Source: a virus
Lineage: Duplodnaviria; Caudoviricetes
Length of the DNA: 54,024 nucleotides
Reading direction: 5' to 3' (one strand)
IMG/VR virus record: IMGVR_UViG_3300045994_000081
Location: 1 to 54,024 of that record
Shown here piece by piece: positions 16,048 through 24,855 of the stretch (positions within the stretch are counted from its first letter, which is position 1; the number at the start of each line of letters is the position of its first letter). A program made the position numbers and the translations under genes. Under the pieces are notes generated by a model. It saw only the letters and a program-made list of their open reading frames with translations, was not told where the DNA came from and did no database searches.

Positions 16048-17835
16048 TTAAAACGGAATATCGTCGTCAAATACAAAGCTGTTGACAGGGATGGACCCGT
16101 TCGGTTCAGGCTCCAGAAGAATAGGCTTGTTTGGAACCCGTGCTTGAACGGTAGGCGCAGCACTTTCGTCAGGTGCTTGCGTACCGAATGCGCTTCCGTC
16201 ATAACAGTAAGCAAGAATTTCAGGGTACTTCTTATTGACCCAGACTCGCAGGTGACTTGACGCTTTCAACTGCTCCGCCATGCTTAATGCAAGCGCGGTC
16301 GATTGTGGTAAGGGAGCGTCACATCTATCTTTCCACCAGTGTCGTGCCTTGCGGTGCGCGAACCCTTCATGCTCTACGCATACAAACTCTTCAAACATGC
16401 GCAGACCGCAATAATAGCTCACCTTCATCATTGCGGGTCGGTCTTGCTTTTCGTGGCGCTGGTAGGTTACATGATCAACCTTGAAAATTTCTACAATCGG
16501 GTCGTCTTCCTTTATTAGCTCGTCGCTGCTGGCTTTGTTCTTTATCTTTACGGCAAAGGTAAATTCCGCTCCGCAATAAACGCAGTGAGTGACACTTGCG
16601 TGATTATAGGTCGCACAGCTTCCGCACAGCTTGACGGGCGCTTCCCCGCCTTTCTGTCCCTTCTTACGCGGAATGACTGGGTCATTAATAGGTCCGAGGC
16701 GTCGGGTATTACCTGCAAAGTCCAAAACTAGACAGTTTTGCTTCGGACCGTTCGCAATAGACATCAAACGTCCCTCAATGCTGTCAAGGTCGAACCCGTC
16801 GCTGTAAACTGGTCGCGTTCCGCGTCCTAGCATCTGCACCCATAGAACAGGCGACGCGGTAGGACGCAACACCACAATCAAGTCTATTGCTGGGAAGTCG
16901 AATCCTGTAGTTAAGACGTTATTGTTCACAGCGGCGCGATACTTACCTGCTTTGAAATCAAGAATACCCTGATCGCGTTCAGCGTCCTTCATTTTGCTAT
17001 GTATGACCACAGTAGGGATTCCCATGTCGTTCAGCATAGCTGCCACGTTTATCGCGTGCTGCACACCAGACGCGAATATCAACCAGTGTAAGCGGTCTAC
17101 GCCTTTCTCCATCGTCTCCTTCAGTGCGCTATGCGTTATTTCATCACGGTCTACGCATAGTTGCAACTCTGACGCAATAAACTCCCCGCCTCGCATGTGA
17201 ACGCCGCTGGTGTCCATCATTAGTTCCGTATGCTTCGGAATAAGGGTAGACAGGTATCCTTCTGCTATAAGTCTATTAAAAGCGTGCAGAGACGTGATAT
17301 CAAAGCAGACGTCAGTAAATATACCGTCTTCCGTAATACGACCCTGACCCAGCCGCCATCCTGTTGCAGTAAGACCGATCACCTTTAGATGCGGGTTCAC
17401 TTCTAACAGTGCGTTCAGGAATGTACGGTACAAGGTCTCTTCGTTAGGACTTACCAGATGCGCTTCGTCAATAATAACAAGGTCTACCCGTCCGAACGCT
17501 TCTGCCTTCTTTGCAACCGAAGCAATTCCCGCAAAGATAATGCGGTGAAGTATGTCACGTCGGTTCAAACCTGCAGAATGCACGCCAGCAGGGGCTTGAG
17601 GCCACAGGTCTAGAAGCTTTAGATAATTCTGTTCAACCAGTTCCTTCACATGCGTAAGGATAAGGACTTTCTGGTTCGACCATTGTTTATAGATACTTTC
17701 AAGAAAAAGCGCGATTACAACCGCCTTCCCCGTACCTGTAGGCATGAGGATTAAGGGGTTCCCCTTTTGGGTCTTAAAGTATTCGTAAATACTTTCAATA
17801 GCGTCGGCTTGATACTGGCGAGGGCGGATTTTCAT
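16048..17835 (-). CDS. SF2 DEAH helicase (RadD/YejH-like) with Zn finger
   Basis: RQYQ, PTGTGK, DEAH, TAT, LTTGFD, QMLGRGTR, CGSC..CVYC; start at ATG 17835 (ATGA overlap). Confidence 0.92.
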   Translation of the reverse strand: MKIRPRQYQADAIESIYEYFKTQKGNPLILMPTGTGKAVVIALFLESIYKQWSNQKVLILTHVKELVEQNYLKLLDLWPQAPAGVHSAGLNRRDILHRIIFAGIASVAKKAEAFGRVDLVIIDEAHLVSPNEETLYRTFLNALLEVNPHLKVIGLTATGWRLGQGRITEDGIFTDVCFDITSLHAFNRLIAEGYLSTLIPKHTELMMDTSGVHMRGGEFIASELQLCVDRDEITHSALKETMEKGVDRLHWLIFASGVQHAINVAAMLNDMGIPTVVIHSKMKDAERDQGILDFKAGKYRAAVNNNVLTTGFDFPAIDLIVVLRPTASPVLWVQMLGRGTRPVYSDGFDLDSIEGRLMSIANGPKQNCLVLDFAGNTRRLGPINDPVIPRKKGQKGGEAPVKLCGSCATYNHASVTHCVYCGAEFTFAVKIKNKASSDELIKEDDPIVEIFKVDHVTYQRHEKQDRPAMMKVSYYCGLRMFEEFVCVEHEGFAHRKARHWWKDRCDAPLPQSTALALSMAEQLKASSHLRVWVNKKYPEILAYCYDGSAFGTQAPDESAAPTVQARVPNKPILLEPEPNGSIPVNSFVFDDDIPF

Positions 17836-18770
17836 CTGCAAAACACTTCCATTCTGTTGTAAGAATCACATCCTTTGTATTGCGCGTCCGCAGAAAGCAA
17901 GAACAACTGATTCCCGTTAAACGCAACGCGGTTTGGCTCGTTGCAATACCATTGACCGTCCGCAAGCGCCACGCTGTAGGCGCACGTACGGCAGTTCCGT
18001 TCAGGTGGCTTCTTGCTGTGGCAGATACTCTTGTGGTCACACCACTTGCAGCCAAACCAGCCTGGAGATTCGCTTATCTTTTTCGGTATGCCGTCACCAA
18101 GAATAATTTGGTGAGCGCGGTCTGAAAACTGTTCACCTATAGTGCTATCAAGTACCAGTATTTCAAAATGAAACTCGTCTGTATCTTTGCAGACTGCGCC
18201 ATATAGCGCGTACATAAGCCCCATCTTTCTCATGTACGTTTGCATCTGAACGTAATGCTCAAACTTTGCACCCCTAACGCCTTCCGATTTCAGCTTCTTA
18301 AATGATGCAGCGTTATGAGTTTTGAATTCTAATAATACGGGCGTACCCGCTGGGACATCTGGAATTCCTATAGCTACCCCGTCCCCGCTTCCGCCAAAGT
18401 GTCCGCCTAGCTCACTAATGCGGAATTGTTTACCGTTTTCGTCCTGCTGAAACACTTGAACGCCTATACACAGCAATGCAGCAATGAAACGACCTTCTTC
18501 AAGGTGACCGCGATTAAACAGCCTTAGGATACGACCTCCGAAATGAGGTTTCGTCGCCCAGCGGAACCCGTACCAGATAGCGCGAGCGCATTCTCCACCG
18601 ATTACGGATGCGCCTAAGTGGGTGCGAAATGGATTAGTTTCAATTCCGCGGTAAGCGTCACCGATATGAGGCAATACTTTTTGCAGGTGCTGACGGAATG
18701 ACGCGCCTTGATCGCTTTCGATCTGCTCGTCAATTGCGTCAAGGGTCCTTGTTGCAAGGGTAAATGTCAT
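17832..18770 (-). CDS. Cas4/RecB-like PD-(D/E)XK exonuclease
   Basis: GASVIG.ECARAIWY, GSGDG, LEFKT, QMQTYM, CKWCDHKSIC. Confidence 0.85.
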   Translation of the reverse strand: MTFTLATRTLDAIDEQIESDQGASFRQHLQKVLPHIGDAYRGIETNPFRTHLGASVIGGECARAIWYGFRWATKPHFGGRILRLFNRGHLEEGRFIAALLCIGVQVFQQDENGKQFRISELGGHFGGSGDGVAIGIPDVPAGTPVLLEFKTHNAASFKKLKSEGVRGAKFEHYVQMQTYMRKMGLMYALYGAVCKDTDEFHFEILVLDSTIGEQFSDRAHQIILGDGIPKKISESPGWFGCKWCDHKSICHSKKPPERNCRTCAYSVALADGQWYCNEPNRVAFNGNQLFLLSADAQYKGCDSYNRMEVFCR

Positions 18771-19165
18771 GCGTATCTCCGGTAGAATACGTGAGCGCCC
18801 CAGCGCCCCGCATATTGCATATTATACGACCAATAAGGTCTGACGTCGTAGCGGTGATAGAAAAGTGCGCCCCGTGTTGCGTCGCTTGTTCTAGTCGCGC
18901 TCAAGGCAGCTTGCAAACTCTGCGCCCACGCCTTTTCATTAAAATCAGGAACGAACTTAGACAGTACTTTCCCATCACGGGTTTCCTTGTTCGTCCAACT
19001 GAATTGCTTCTTTGCAAACACAATATCGCAAAGGTCTTTGTTCTGTAGTTTACCGCGATTGATAGTTACTTGTGCAACCGCGACCATTGCGTCAAAAGGT
19101 TCGCTCCGCGCTTCTTTATACACGTTAAGCGCAAGGCATAGAAACGCGGAGGCGAAGATTGCCAT
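18767..19165 (-). CDS. SleB/Hydrolase_2-family cell wall hydrolase
   Basis: CLALNVYKEARSE, VAQVTINR, QFSW, GALFY, HVFY; start reassigned to ATG 19165. Confidence 0.88.
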   Translation of the reverse strand: MAIFASAFLCLALNVYKEARSEPFDAMVAVAQVTINRGKLQNKDLCDIVFAKKQFSWTNKETRDGKVLSKFVPDFNEKAWAQSLQAALSATRTSDATRGALFYHRYDVRPYWSYNMQYAGRWGAHVFYRRYA

Positions 19166-19359
19166 CACTTGCGTCCGTTGTATTTTGCAGCGCGTGCAAG
19201 AACGTCCCGGCAAGGTGCGCACAGGTCATTTATAAGGCGCTCGCTAGGTTCATCGCAGCGGGTACAGTCACCGCGTGTTCCTACCGGTAAAACGTATTCG
19301 GTTTTGATAGTGCTTTCGTATTTTTCAATGTCAAGTTGCGCGCGATCTGCATCATCCAT
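19165..19359 (-). CDS. DksA/TraR-like C4 zinc-finger protein
   Basis: MDDADRAQ N-terminus; CTRC...CAPC. Confidence 0.8.
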   Translation of the reverse strand: MDDADRAQLDIEKYESTIKTEYVLPVGTRGDCTRCDEPSERLINDLCAPCRDVLARAAKYNGRK

Positions 19360-19376
19360 GCTATTCCCTTTCGTTA

Positions 19377-19400
19377 AAACGGGGTCCGTAGACCCCGTTT
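19377..19400 (-). terminator. cUACGg hairpin after the MazG-like gene
   Basis: AAACGGGGTC-N4-GACCCCGTTT. Confidence 0.65.
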
Positions 19401-19402
19401 AT

Positions 19403-19981
19403 TTACTTCTTGTCTTTGCGTTCGATTGCCGCAGCGTCGCTATACTTTTCGGGATAGCGTTTCTGAAGCTTGGCGATGTTAGCTGCCAGGGTAAATTGAA
19501 CAAACGGAATATCGTGAATGTCTGAAATCAAACCGATCGTTGTAACGTAAAGGGACAGCTTGCGCTTGAGCTCTACAACGTCCATTTCCTTACCGTACAC
19601 AACACCAGCCTTGACCACAGTAAGCACTCCGCCCGCAAACGCGCTTAGGCACATTACCAGCGCAGGCGGGTTACGTCTCAATACCGCTGCCGCCAGTTCG
19701 TTGCTCAAGTCGCTTGCTTCTGCAGGTTCAAGAATCAGGTCTTCAAAATTCCAGCTCATAACGCTGCACATCAGCGCCGCAAACCATGCGCAGTCACCCA
19801 GCTCTTCGCTCAGGTTATCCATCACGTAAGGCAGGTTGAGCCACGCGGCAACAATGGTTTCAGAAAGTTCACCAGCCTCTGAACCGATACCCAGTGCAGC
19901 GTGAACGAGGTTGTTTTCAATGCTGCCCATGTCTTTAGCGGTACGCAGAGCGAGCGCCTGATATTCTTCAATTTTTTGCAT
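19403..19981 (-). CDS. MazG-like nucleotide pyrophosphohydrolase
   Basis: EYQALALRT, ALGIGSEAGE, EELGDCAWF, NIAKLQKRYP. Confidence 0.85.
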   Translation of the reverse strand: MQKIEEYQALALRTAKDMGSIENNLVHAALGIGSEAGELSETIVAAWLNLPYVMDNLSEELGDCAWFAALMCSVMSWNFEDLILEPAEASDLSNELAAAVLRRNPPALVMCLSAFAGGVLTVVKAGVVYGKEMDVVELKRKLSLYVTTIGLISDIHDIPFVQFTLAANIAKLQKRYPEKYSDAAAIERKDKK

Positions 19982-20231
19982 TTTGTTTCTCCAGTAGGTT
20001 CAACGCAGCTTTTTGAAGTGCGTTCATTTGTTGTTTAGAATAAGGTGCAACAGGTTGTTCGTTAATGACTTCCATCAACTCCCCGCGAAGTCCAATTCTT
20101 ACTTGCGAACCAGCACGCGGAACCATTATAGGATGAAGTGCTTCGCCTTTATACATATGACGGATTGCACGCGCCATCACTGTAGGGTGAACGGCAAAGG
20201 TGTTTGGAAGGATTACAGCTTGCTTTGACAT
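19968..20231 (-). CDS. Hypothetical protein
   Basis: 87 aa, AAGGAG SD. Confidence 0.65.
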   Translation of the reverse strand: MSKQAVILPNTFAVHPTVMARAIRHMYKGEALHPIMVPRAGSQVRIGLRGELMEVINEQPVAPYSKQQMNALQKAALNLLEKQNAKN

Positions 20232-20241
20232 TTGTGCTCCT

Positions 20242-20269
20242 TAAACGCGGAACAGAAGTCCCGCGTTTA
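20242..20269. terminator. Intergenic stem-loop
   Basis: TAAACGCGG...CCGCGTTTA. Confidence 0.5.
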
Positions 20270-20273
20270 TTGT

Positions 20274-20492
20274 TTACAGTACGTCGCGCACTTTTTGAAC
20301 CAAAGGCGCAATGACGCTCGTTGCGTAGGAACCCAGCGTGGTGAGCATGGTTTCCATTTCATCCAGCACAGCGTGAGCAGGATGAGGAGGTGTTGTTTCT
20401 ACCAGCGCAACGGTATCACCGTTCGTTGTTTCAGTTGTTTCGTTGATACCGTTGTCTTGCGTGTTTTCAGATGGTTCCATGTTGTTCTCCAA
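20274..20492 (-). CDS. Small acidic hypothetical protein
   Basis: 72 aa; start probably the ATG after GGAGAACAAC. Confidence 0.6.
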   Translation of the reverse strand: MENNMEPSENTQDNGINETTETTNGDTVALVETTPPHPAHAVLDEMETMLTTLGSYATSVIAPLVQKVRDVL

Positions 20493-20498
20493 TTACGT

Positions 20499-20524
20499 TA
20501 AAAGCAGAGCGGCGAACCGCCCTG
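20499..20524 (-). terminator. Rho-independent terminator after SSB
   Basis: CAGGGCGG-TTCG-CCGCTCTG-CTTTT on the minus strand. Confidence 0.7.
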
Positions 20525-20546
20525 ATTGACCGTCAAGTCAATGTGG

Positions 20547-21335
20547 TTACTGTTGGCCCCAAGGAGGAGGCGCGTTCTGGAATTGCGGTTGCTGTTGCAC
20601 AGGTTGTTGAACAGTCTGTTGAGGTTGCGTGAACTGTTGCTGTGGAGCGGGTTGACCTGGCGCCGCAAACTGTGGCATCGGTGCAAACTGGGGCTGAGCA
20701 ACTTGCGCAGGTGGTGCGAATTGCGCTTGCTGGGGAGCTTGCTGTTGCTGGGGAGCTGCCCAAGGTTGTGCAGCGGCAGGCGGTTGCCAAGCGCCGGGAG
20801 GTGTTGCCAAAGGTTGCTGTGGCGCTTGTTGCTGCTGAGGTGAGAACTGTTGTGCAGGCGGTGCAAACTGGGGCTGACCGAAACCAGCAGGCACGCCAGC
20901 GGGTGCGGACGCAGCGCCAGCAGGACTGTCAGTTACTTCGTTGATGTTCTTGTAAGCGGTCAGGTCGTTGCTTGCTTCGTAGTCGTCTGTCGCTTTACGG
21001 ACTTTCGCTTTAACCTTCAAAGGACGTCCATGCAACTGTTGCGAATCCTGCACTTGCAGCACGCCAACCGCGTGGCAGATTGCAGACAAATCCTTGTAAG
21101 CGATTTCCTGTGCAACAGGGTTCTGATTACGAATATTCAAACGGCTGAACAACTTGCGACCAACGTATTGACCGTCCAACACGTTAAAACGGATTTCCAG
21201 ATACTGGCCTGCTCCATCTTTGGTGGGTTTCAGCGTGCTTTCGTCCATTGCGACGTTGTACCAGCCCGCGGGAAGTGCTTCTGTAACACCTGTTGACGGC
21301 GCAACTTGATTGGCATCAAAATTCAATAAACCCAT
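20547..21335 (-). CDS. ssDNA-binding protein (DUF669-like) with long Pro/Gln tail
   Basis: LPAGWY, K.TKDG.GQYL...F.VLDG.Y.GRKLF, ICHAVG; downstream of the Sak4-like ATPase. Confidence 0.8.
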   Translation of the reverse strand: MGLLNFDANQVAPSTGVTEALPAGWYNVAMDESTLKPTKDGAGQYLEIRFNVLDGQYVGRKLFSRLNIRNQNPVAQEIAYKDLSAICHAVGVLQVQDSQQLHGRPLKVKAKVRKATDDYEASNDLTAYKNINEVTDSPAGAASAPAGVPAGFGQPQFAPPAQQFSPQQQQAPQQPLATPPGAWQPPAAAQPWAAPQQQQAPQQAQFAPPAQVAQPQFAPMPQFAAPGQPAPQQQFTQPQQTVQQPVQQQPQFQNAPPPWGQQ

Positions 21336-21349
21336 GGTGATTCTCCTTG

Positions 21350-22030
21350 TTAGTTAGACAAAATTTTATTAAAAACATGCGTCAGATTTGGCGGTTCTAC
21401 CGCATCCAAACAACCGCTTCTATCCTTCGCTTGATACTGCAAATCAGGTTGAGTTTGCAAGAACCGATAGCTTTCACCAGCGGGCGTCTTGTTAATCCCA
21501 AGTCTGAACACTTCGTCAAAAAAGTAAGGCAGCTTGACAGCTAACTTGCTTCCTGGCATTGCGGGTCCGTATTTTACAGACCCAGTCAATTCATCTTTAT
21601 TCGGTTCCATCTTAGCTGCCATGTAAACATTCTTACCAGCAAGGTCTCGATACGAACGAATAACACTTTCCATCTTTTCAATAAGCTCGCCATAAGCTTG
21701 GCGCGGGTCTTTTACCTGACGCTTCGCATTGTTGAGCACCACTTCTGCAACCTCGGACAGCGAGTCGATACAAACGGTTTGAAACTGTCTAGCTTCCGCG
21801 CTGTTTTGCAACCACTGGTGAGCGTCAACAAGGTCTTGAACCGTTGTTATCTCAATCATCGGAATGCGCATTTTACGCAAGCTCAACTCCCCGCTTTCCG
21901 CACTAAGTATAATAGGGCTTGGCGCAGTAGAACACAACACCGTCTTTCCAATACCCGCGTCACTGTAAACAAGAACCTTCACACCGTTCGCAGCAGAAGC
22001 CTGATCGGTTGTGGTAAATTTAAGCGCCAT
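21350..22030 (-). CDS. Sak4-like AAA (AAA_24) ssDNA-annealing ATPase
   Basis: YSDAGIGKT, AESG, IDSLSE, YFFDEV, AKDRSG. Confidence 0.85.
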   Translation of the reverse strand: MALKFTTTDQASAANGVKVLVYSDAGIGKTVLCSTAPSPIILSAESGELSLRKMRIPMIEITTVQDLVDAHQWLQNSAEARQFQTVCIDSLSEVAEVVLNNAKRQVKDPRQAYGELIEKMESVIRSYRDLAGKNVYMAAKMEPNKDELTGSVKYGPAMPGSKLAVKLPYFFDEVFRLGINKTPAGESYRFLQTQPDLQYQAKDRSGCLDAVEPPNLTHVFNKILSN

Positions 22031-22065
22031 CTGTTTCTCCTTTAAGTGCTTATATTATAACGGGT

Positions 22066-22359
22066 TCAACTGTTCTGAGCTAGTTCGACGCGAAGGACGG
22101 AACTACAATTGGGACACTTCTGCGCAAATGTCAGCTTAGAAGCGTTTGCAAGAAATTCTTCCCTTTCTATTATTTCGTCGCTCCTTTCGTCCATTTTGTC
22201 CATTTCGTCCTTATTGCCTGCATAAAAGGTAAACCGCTCAAGCAACATCTTCAAAGGACCTTGTATGTCAGGAAAGTAATGTTCAACGTGCCTTACCAGT
22301 TCATCGTCGCTTATGTTGTGCGCAGGTAAAGGGACGTTTGTATCAGCAATTAGTTTCAT
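22066..22359 (-). CDS. Hypothetical protein
   Basis: 97 aa, ATGA overlap with ligase, CPNC. Confidence 0.6.
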   Translation of the reverse strand: MKLIADTNVPLPAHNISDDELVRHVEHYFPDIQGPLKMLLERFTFYAGNKDEMDKMDERSDEIIEREEFLANASKLTFAQKCPNCSSVLRVELAQNS

Positions 22360-23285
22360 AAGTCGCTTTCAATTTTAATAGATTTGAAGGTAGGAAAACG
22401 AGGTTCATCTTTCATACCTTTTGGAAAGAACTTAAACTTGATAATCTTGCGCAGCAACTGATCAGGGTTCCGCATATAGTAAATGCGCTCAGGGTGTTTC
22501 ATGCTGCCTGCGCTTACCGTGACAATCTGGTCTTTTTCAATCAGTACACTTCCATCACGGTCAAGTACCTGTTTCAAGCTTCTAACCTTGAGCGTGCCAA
22601 CCATACCGTTCGGAACCATGTTCTCCTTACGGCTTGAGCGGAACGTCTTCCCAAGTTCGTTCGTCTGCGCTTCGTTACCATTTATTTCCCCTTCAACAAT
22701 ACCTACAACTTCACCCTCTTCTTCAATGAAGCGTTTAAGACGTAACAGTCCGCCTTCTTTAACTGTAGAACGACCCTGCTTGAACTTACCGTTAAGGTCT
22801 CGTTTGATAAGACCTTCATACCCCATATCTAACCACATTGATTCATATGCCAACAGCTCTTGCAGGTTGTTTACAACGAACATGGGTACGAGCTTTATAT
22901 GAGGATTATTAAGAGATTGTACCTTGTTCATCAACGCAATATAGCGTTCCCCGTAAGGCAGAGAAATTGTGTCTTCGGTTATGTAGTCAAAGCAATGCCA
23001 CACCGTATAAGGTTCACCCATAATTGTGCCAACCGCGCTTGTCGTTATCCTGCACAAGTCAGGGTGACATTCCTGTTCAGCAGCAAGCTCACCGTCAAGT
23101 CCAAAATAATGCTCACCGCTATAATAGTTCGTTGTATAGCGGTTCTTGTGCGCTTTAAGGCTGCGACCAGTAAGCCACCCGTCTAAGTTACAACCGCGAA
23201 CCCCGTCAATCTTTGGTTGCACACCACAAGGGAAGACCAGTTTATCTTCAACAAGGTCTTCCGCCAGCATCGGTTTTGTGCTCAT
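22356..23285 (-). CDS. ATP-dependent DNA ligase
   Basis: KPMLA, QPKIDGVR (KxDG), LDGEL, FD, EGLIKR, LRLK, PRFPTF; start reassigned to ATG 23285. Confidence 0.9.
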   Translation of the reverse strand: MSTKPMLAEDLVEDKLVFPCGVQPKIDGVRGCNLDGWLTGRSLKAHKNRYTTNYYSGEHYFGLDGELAAEQECHPDLCRITTSAVGTIMGEPYTVWHCFDYITEDTISLPYGERYIALMNKVQSLNNPHIKLVPMFVVNNLQELLAYESMWLDMGYEGLIKRDLNGKFKQGRSTVKEGGLLRLKRFIEEEGEVVGIVEGEINGNEAQTNELGKTFRSSRKENMVPNGMVGTLKVRSLKQVLDRDGSVLIEKDQIVTVSAGSMKHPERIYYMRNPDQLLRKIIKFKFFPKGMKDEPRFPTFKSIKIESDL

Positions 23286-24124
23286 ACCGCCATCTCCGCT
23301 TTGATAGACGGGTGACACTTATAGTCATAAAGCTTAATGTCCGCAGGTGTCATCGTTTCGATAAATGTCAAAGGGTCCATCCATTCAGGATTTCCCTTTT
23401 CGACGGAAACAACCGGAAGTTCGTAAGGAACCCGCGTCAGCTGTTCTTCTACCTGTTCCAAGTGGTTGACGTAAATATGCACGTCCGCAAGAAACATAAT
23501 CAGCTTAGAAGGAAGAAACCCCGTTGCAGAGCAAATGATTTCCAACAGAAGCGCATAAGACGCAATGTTGAACGGTATGCCCAGAAACAGGTCGCAGCTC
23601 CGCTGATACATGCAAAGACTGATAGTTGATTCTTTCTTGTCCACCAGTAACTGAAACATCACGTGACAGGGTGGAAGCGCCATTTGGTCCAGCTCTGGAG
23701 GGTTCCAAGCGGAAACAATAATACGACGGGAATCGGGGTTTGTCCTGACGTTGCGTATCAATTCCGCAAGCTGGTCAACCCCTCCAAAGTTGCGCCACTG
23801 CGCACCGTAAATTCTGCCCAGATCGTCGTGTTCCTTACGGTTAGGATTTTCAAGCCACGTGGTGTTCGCGTTCGCGTTCGCATCCCAAATACTGCAACCC
23901 AGATTTCGGAATTCTGCTGCATTTGTGCAACCGCGCAGGAAGGCAAGAAGCTCACCCTTGACCGAACCGAACGCCAACTTCTTTGTGGTCATTGCAGGAA
24001 AGCCTTCTTTCATATCGAACTCAAGCATTGCACCTTCAATCATTAGCGTGTCGATACCCGTGCGGTTCTGTTTGCGCTTACCGTTTGCTAATACGTTGGC
24101 AAGTAAATCAAGATACTGTTTCAT
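23282..24124 (-). CDS. thyA: Thymidylate synthase
   Basis: MKQYLDLL, RTG, TTKK, DLGRIYGAQWR, SRR, ALPPCH, YQRSCDLFLGIPFN, HIY; start reassigned to ATG 24124. Confidence 0.96.
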   Translation of the reverse strand: MKQYLDLLANVLANGKRKQNRTGIDTLMIEGAMLEFDMKEGFPAMTTKKLAFGSVKGELLAFLRGCTNAAEFRNLGCSIWDANANANTTWLENPNRKEHDDLGRIYGAQWRNFGGVDQLAELIRNVRTNPDSRRIIVSAWNPPELDQMALPPCHVMFQLLVDKKESTISLCMYQRSCDLFLGIPFNIASYALLLEIICSATGFLPSKLIMFLADVHIYVNHLEQVEEQLTRVPYELPVVSVEKGNPEWMDPLTFIETMTPADIKLYDYKCHPSIKAEMAV

Positions 24125-24338
24125 TGTGCTCATCCTTTTTGAAGAAATCGGTTTCAAAAACAGTCCGTCCAAGCTTACCGTAGTGACTGTCAGACAGCTT
24201 ACCGAGGTTCTGCGTGGATTGGATGCTTTTATGAAGCTTGCCGCTGTCAATAATCTTTTGCAGCACAGGATTCATCTTAACAACGTCGATATCCCGTACC
24301 ATCTTATCAAAGCTTTCAGGGTCTTTGTTATCAATCAT
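24108..24338 (-). CDS. Hypothetical protein
   Basis: 76 aa, ATGA overlap with the upstream gene. Confidence 0.55.
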   Translation of the reverse strand: MIDNKDPESFDKMVRDIDVVKMNPVLQKIIDSGKLHKSIQSTQNLGKLSDSHYGKLGRTVFETDFFKKDEHNETVS

Positions 24339-24787
24339 ACCGCTTCCTCTTTCGCTTTCTTTTTAGCAGGAAGCACAACCTCAAGCGACGGGCTTCCAGG
24401 CTTGATAATAAGCGCATTGTCGAACAGAGACATCTGCTCTTCTGTCAACATGCGATATTCAGCTACAACCAGACTAGGCGTATATTTTACCATCTTATCG
24501 GAGTTGATACCGTGTTCTTTAAACTGCTCTTTGTAAGCATTAAACACGCCAATATCAATATCACGGGTGAGTTTGTAAGTACCCTTAATCACCCAGTCCT
24601 GCGCCAGCGGAGCGGTGTTAGTACCTTCTACAGGAGCTGGGAAAAAGAACTTGAAAATCTTAGTACGGAGCAGCATTTCTGAAGCCTTAATCCGTGCAAG
24701 ATCGGCTTTCAATTTATACCATGTATCAAGGTCATTCTGCGTGACCGTGTTGTCAGGTATTTCAGTATGAGCAGGTGTCTGAAGCAT
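24335..24787 (-). CDS. Conserved phage hypothetical protein (replication module)
   Basis: EMLLR..IF..FFP.P.EGTN...KPGSPSLE; start at ATG 24787 after AAGGAA. Confidence 0.7.
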   Translation of the reverse strand: MLQTPAHTEIPDNTVTQNDLDTWYKLKADLARIKASEMLLRTKIFKFFFPAPVEGTNTAPLAQDWVIKGTYKLTRDIDIGVFNAYKEQFKEHGINSDKMVKYTPSLVVAEYRMLTEEQMSLFDNALIIKPGSPSLEVVLPAKKKAKEEAV

Positions 24788-24818
24788 TTCTATTTCCTTG
24801 TTTGTTTGCAATGGTTAA

Positions 24819-24847
24819 ACTATACAGTAGGCACAATACATCTACAA
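24819..24847 (-). promoter_or_regulatory. Sigma70-type promoter
   Basis: TTGTAG-N17-TATAGT. Confidence 0.6.
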
Positions 24848-24855
24848 CAGGATGT

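Noticed and set aside
17832-18770. CRISPR-Cas system (Cas4-like nuclease)
   Set aside because: No repeat-spacer array or other cas genes; solo Cas4-like exonucleases are normal in phage recombination modules
23282-24124. Pyrimidine-hypermodifying thymidylate synthase homologue
   Set aside because: Retains canonical PCH and QRSCD..LG.PFN (Asn, dUMP-specific) motifs; looks like ordinary ThyA
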